Origin: an uncultured delta proteobacterium
GTDB lineage: Bacteria; Desulfobacterota; Desulfobacteria; Desulfobacterales; Desulfosalsimonadaceae
Assembly (NCBI GenBank): GCA_963826785.1
Contig: CAWGYD010000010.1
Span: forward strand, 160,001-224,000
Length of the DNA: 64,000 nucleotides
Reading direction: 5' to 3'
Part shown: piece by piece, positions 61,091-64,000 of the stretch
Layout: each line of letters starts with the position of its first letter
Numbering within the stretch: the first letter of the stretch is position 1
Program-made: the position numbers and the translations under genes
Notes under the pieces: model-generated
Seen by the model: only the letters and a program-made list of their open reading frames with translations
Told to the model about the DNA's origin: nothing
Database searches by the model: none

Positions 61091-62188
61091 ATGTTTAAAA
61101 TGGTTGCGAACTGGTTCAACCAGCGGTTCTCCGATCCCCAGATCGCTATTCTCTGGCTGCTGCTCATTTCGGGATTCCTGATTGTATTTCTGCTGGGCGA
61201 GATGCTGACCCCCGTATTTGCAGGGATCATCATCGCATATCTTCTGGAAGGCATGGTCTCCCGCCTGCAGAGCCTGAAGGTTCCCCGAAATATCGCCGTA
61301 TTCGTTGCGTTCACGCTTTTCATTCTCAGCCTGCTGCTGCTGGTGATCGGACTGCTGCCCCTGCTTTCCCGACAGATCGCCCAGTTGATCCAGGACATGC
61401 CCTCCATGATCGCCCGGGCGCAAACCAAGCTCATGCAGCTTCCCGATCGATATCCGGACTTTATTTCCAAGACACAGATCACCGATCTGATCGGGTTTCT
61501 AAAGATGGAAATCTCTCAGCTGGGCCAGGAGGCATTGGAGTTTTCCATGGCCTCGGTCCGCAACATCATCACCCTGCTGGTGTATCTGGTGCTGGTGCCT
61601 TTTCTGGTACTGTTCTTTTTAAAGGACAAGGACAAAATCCTGGGTTGGTTCAAGCGATTTTTACCGAAAGACAGGGACCTGGCCACGGGGGTCTGGGATG
61701 AGGTGAATCGGCAGATCATCAACTATATCCGCGGCAAAATCTGGGAAATCATCATCGTCTGGGCTGCAAGCTACGTCACCTTCAGCCTGCTCGGACTCAA
61801 TTTTGCCATGCTGATTTCATTTTTCATCGGGCTTTCGGTGTTGATACCGTATATCGGGGCGACCATCCTGACCATCCCGGTAACGCTGATGGCCTTTTTC
61901 CAGTGGGGCTTCGGCCCGCATTTCGCCTGGACCATAGTCTCCTATCTGATCATACAGCTGATCGACGGCAATATTCTGGTTCCCCTGCTGCTTTCGGGCG
62001 TGGTCAATCTTCACCCGGTGGCCATCATCGTCGCCGTTCTGGTATTCGGCGGCCTGTGGGGAATATGGGGGTTGTTTTTTGCCATTCCCCTGGCCACCCT
62101 GGTGCACGCAGTGATCAAAACCTGGTTTCATAAAAAAGAAGAACTCAAGTCCCATGATATCCGAACGGATTCCATTACAAGTGACTAA
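61091..62188 (+). CDS. AI-2E family transporter (PerM-like)
   Basis: Multiple TM segments, IPYIG, QLIDGNILVP, LHPV and FFAIPLA. Confidence 0.92.
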   Translation: MFKMVANWFNQRFSDPQIAILWLLLISGFLIVFLLGEMLTPVFAGIIIAYLLEGMVSRLQSLKVPRNIAVFVAFTLFILSLLLLVIGLLPLLSRQIAQLIQDMPSMIARAQTKLMQLPDRYPDFISKTQITDLIGFLKMEISQLGQEALEFSMASVRNIITLLVYLVLVPFLVLFFLKDKDKILGWFKRFLPKDRDLATGVWDEVNRQIINYIRGKIWEIIIVWAASYVTFSLLGLNFAMLISFFIGLSVLIPYIGATILTIPVTLMAFFQWGFGPHFAWTIVSYLIIQLIDGNILVPLLLSGVVNLHPVAIIVAVLVFGGLWGIWGLFFAIPLATLVHAVIKTWFHKKEELKSHDIRTDSITSD

Positions 62189-62193
62189 AAGAA

Positions 62194-63351
62194 ATGACAC
62201 TCCCGTTTCAATTTAAATTCCTCTCTTTCAAATGGCTGCGCGCAATGGCGTGTCTTTTTGTATTTCTTTTGACCATAGCGCCGCCCGTTTTAGCCCGGGC
62301 AGAGGCAGAAAAACCAAAACAGGGGGACTTGAGCATCATCAGCCCCCCGTCCGACACCCGGATTGATTTTGCGAAGGAGGCCGTTTCAGAACAGGAAAAT
62401 TTAAGCACCTTCAGCCTTTACCTGGAAAACGATTATTTTTCCGGAGAGGACGGCGGATACACCAATGGTCTGAAACTCACCTGGAGTTCTGCTGTTCATA
62501 AAGAATTCCCGCCCCATGCCTGGCCCCACCGGTGGCTCTATCCCGTGGTTAAATGGCTTCCGCTGGAAAAGGCCGAAGATCGGAAAAACATCACTTTTTC
62601 CATCGGCCAGAATATCTATACGCCCCAGGACATCGAGGCCGAAGATATTGTCGAAGACGACCGCCCCTATGCGGGCATTACCTATCTGGAAATGGGATTT
62701 CACAATCGCCGGGAACGGGAGATGGACACCCTCGAGCTGTTTCTCGGGCTGGTGGGCCCCCACTCCTATGCCGAGCAGGCCCAGAAGGCCGTCCACCAGG
62801 TCTTTGATGATATCGACCCCAAGGGATGGGACAATCAGCTCGACGACGAACCGGTCATCGACATTATTTACGAACACAAGAAAAGAATGCTGCAGTCCGG
62901 CAGCGGTAACGGCCCCGGGTATGACCTCATTTTAAATACGGGGGGGGCACTGGGCAATGCCCTGACGTATTACAACCTGGGCGTGGGGTTTCGCGTCGGA
63001 CTGAACCTGCCCAATGACTTCGGCGATTTTCCCATTAAACCCGCCAGTTCCTACAATGCGGCTTTCGATGCCAAAGACCCCCGCTATCTCAATGCCCATA
63101 AAATCGGAATTTATGTCTTCACCTCCATTGAAGGACGCGCGGTGCTGCACAATATCTTTCTGGACGGAAATACCTTTACCGACAGCCACAGTGTCACCAA
63201 AAAACCGCTGGTGGCCGATTATGCCGCCGGAATCGGCATCATCCGGGGCCGGGCCAAAGTCAGCTTTGCCTATGTCATCCGCACCAAGGAATTTGAAACG
63301 CAGAAAGATCCCCAGCAGTTCGGCACCGCCAGTGTTTCCCTGTCCTATTAG
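62194..63351 (+). CDS. Lipid A deacylase LpxR family (DUF2219) outer-membrane protein
   Basis: END..D..YTNG, GQNIYTP, DRPYAG, GWDNQL and LDGNTF. Confidence 0.88.
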   Translation: MTLPFQFKFLSFKWLRAMACLFVFLLTIAPPVLARAEAEKPKQGDLSIISPPSDTRIDFAKEAVSEQENLSTFSLYLENDYFSGEDGGYTNGLKLTWSSAVHKEFPPHAWPHRWLYPVVKWLPLEKAEDRKNITFSIGQNIYTPQDIEAEDIVEDDRPYAGITYLEMGFHNRREREMDTLELFLGLVGPHSYAEQAQKAVHQVFDDIDPKGWDNQLDDEPVIDIIYEHKKRMLQSGSGNGPGYDLILNTGGALGNALTYYNLGVGFRVGLNLPNDFGDFPIKPASSYNAAFDAKDPRYLNAHKIGIYVFTSIEGRAVLHNIFLDGNTFTDSHSVTKKPLVADYAAGIGIIRGRAKVSFAYVIRTKEFETQKDPQQFGTASVSLSY

Positions 63352-63514
63352 ACCGATCCATTTTACAGTTTCGATTTACGTCGAAAAAAGGTATTATGCC
63401 ATCTGCTCTGTTCGGGCGCATGCAGATGATGGCGTGAAGATTGCCATGAGCACATGCAGCCTGATATCCACTTAAACCGCATACCCGCGTTCGTCTCGGA
63501 AAAGGGGGAAACTC

Positions 63515-64000
63515 ATGCGTATTGTCGATCAGCCAAGTGTCTACCTGGTGGCGAAAACCCAGCTGGTGCGCCAGGGCCTGGAAGCCTATTTGAAAGATAT
63601 CGGAGCACCCGACTGGGCAGCAGACCCGGATGTGTCCGATGCCGAAAACCTGGTGGAAGCGGCCGGCCGGATGTGCTACCGCAGCTGGCAGCCCTACGAC
63701 CCGGAAAAACCCGAAGCCACCAATCCCAATGTTGAAAATGTCCGGCGGGGAAACGGCCCCTACCTGGCCAACGTCCTGAAAAGCGGACACGGCTCCATTC
63801 TCGAGCATGCCAGCATGACTTTCATCTGCCGCAACGTATCGCGGGTATTCACGCATGAGCTGGTGCGCCACCGGGCGGGCATGGCCTACAGCCAGGAAAG
63901 CCTTCGGTATGTGCGCCTGGACGACCTCACCTTCTGGCTGCCCGAAGCCGCCGCCGCCAAAAAAGAGGCCCGGCAGAAATTCGAAGACGTCATCGATTTT
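63515..64000 (+). CDS. thyX: FAD-dependent thymidylate synthase, partial (runs off the window)
   Basis: Manual translation: AGRMCY...GHGSILEH...SRVFTHELVRHRAGMAYSQESLRY, containing the ThyX motif. Confidence 0.92.
   Translation, partial: MRIVDQPSVYLVAKTQLVRQGLEAYLKDIGAPDWAADPDVSDAENLVEAAGRMCYRSWQPYDPEKPEATNPNVENVRRGNGPYLANVLKSGHGSILEHASMTFICRNVSRVFTHELVRHRAGMAYSQESLRYVRLDDLTFWLPEAAAAKKEARQKFEDVIDF

Noticed and set aside
63454..63735. 93-aa ORF in the track
   Set aside because: Wrong frame; the real gene is thyX starting at 63515.
1..64000. CRISPR array, rRNA, IS elements
   Set aside because: No regular repeat-spacer pattern, rRNA signature or transposase motif seen.
1..64000. Sigma-54 promoters, given rpoN and an NtrC-family gene
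   Set aside because: No convincing TGGCAC-N5-TTGC site found in the intergenic regions inspected by eye.

Overview
This looks like core chromosome from an anaerobic Desulfobacterota-type (deltaproteobacterial) organism, inferred from gene content and GC-rich codon usage. From start to end it holds: a TetR-led methylmalonyl-CoA operon (mce, scpA, meaB, carboxyltransferase, small subunit, partial pyruvate carboxylase/5S-type gene); a GAF-GspE/PilB ATPase; a frameshifted GNAT-nitrilase; a minus-strand run (M23 peptidase, DUF39 homocysteine synthase, lepB, pyrB, pyrC, PilR-like regulator, ABC-F); and the kdsA-kdsC-lptCAB-rpoN-hpf-ptsN-rapZ-EIIA-rimI-gap-tpiA-secG-tRNA-Leu block. An accessory islet follows (AsnB-type amidotransferase, glutamate-cysteine ligase, glutaredoxin, PilZ, bacterial cereblon, Cys-rich orphan), then EF-G with a KaiC/RecA-like ATPase and NIL-ferredoxin-mnmA-mtaB. 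A large lipid-catabolism cluster carries two unusual multidomain fusions, a thiolase, ADH, SCP2 and AOR, and the window ends with OmpH, AI-2E, LpxR and partial thyX. The best leads are the peroxisome-like beta-oxidation fusion operon with duplicated SDR-SCP2 modules, a beta-barrel gene with an in-frame UGA and SECIS-like hairpin, and the AsnB-GCL-Grx/cereblon islet. Three single-base frameshifts may be assembly errors. No CRISPR array, rRNA or mobile element was seen. All calls rest on motif recognition by eye; no database search was run.
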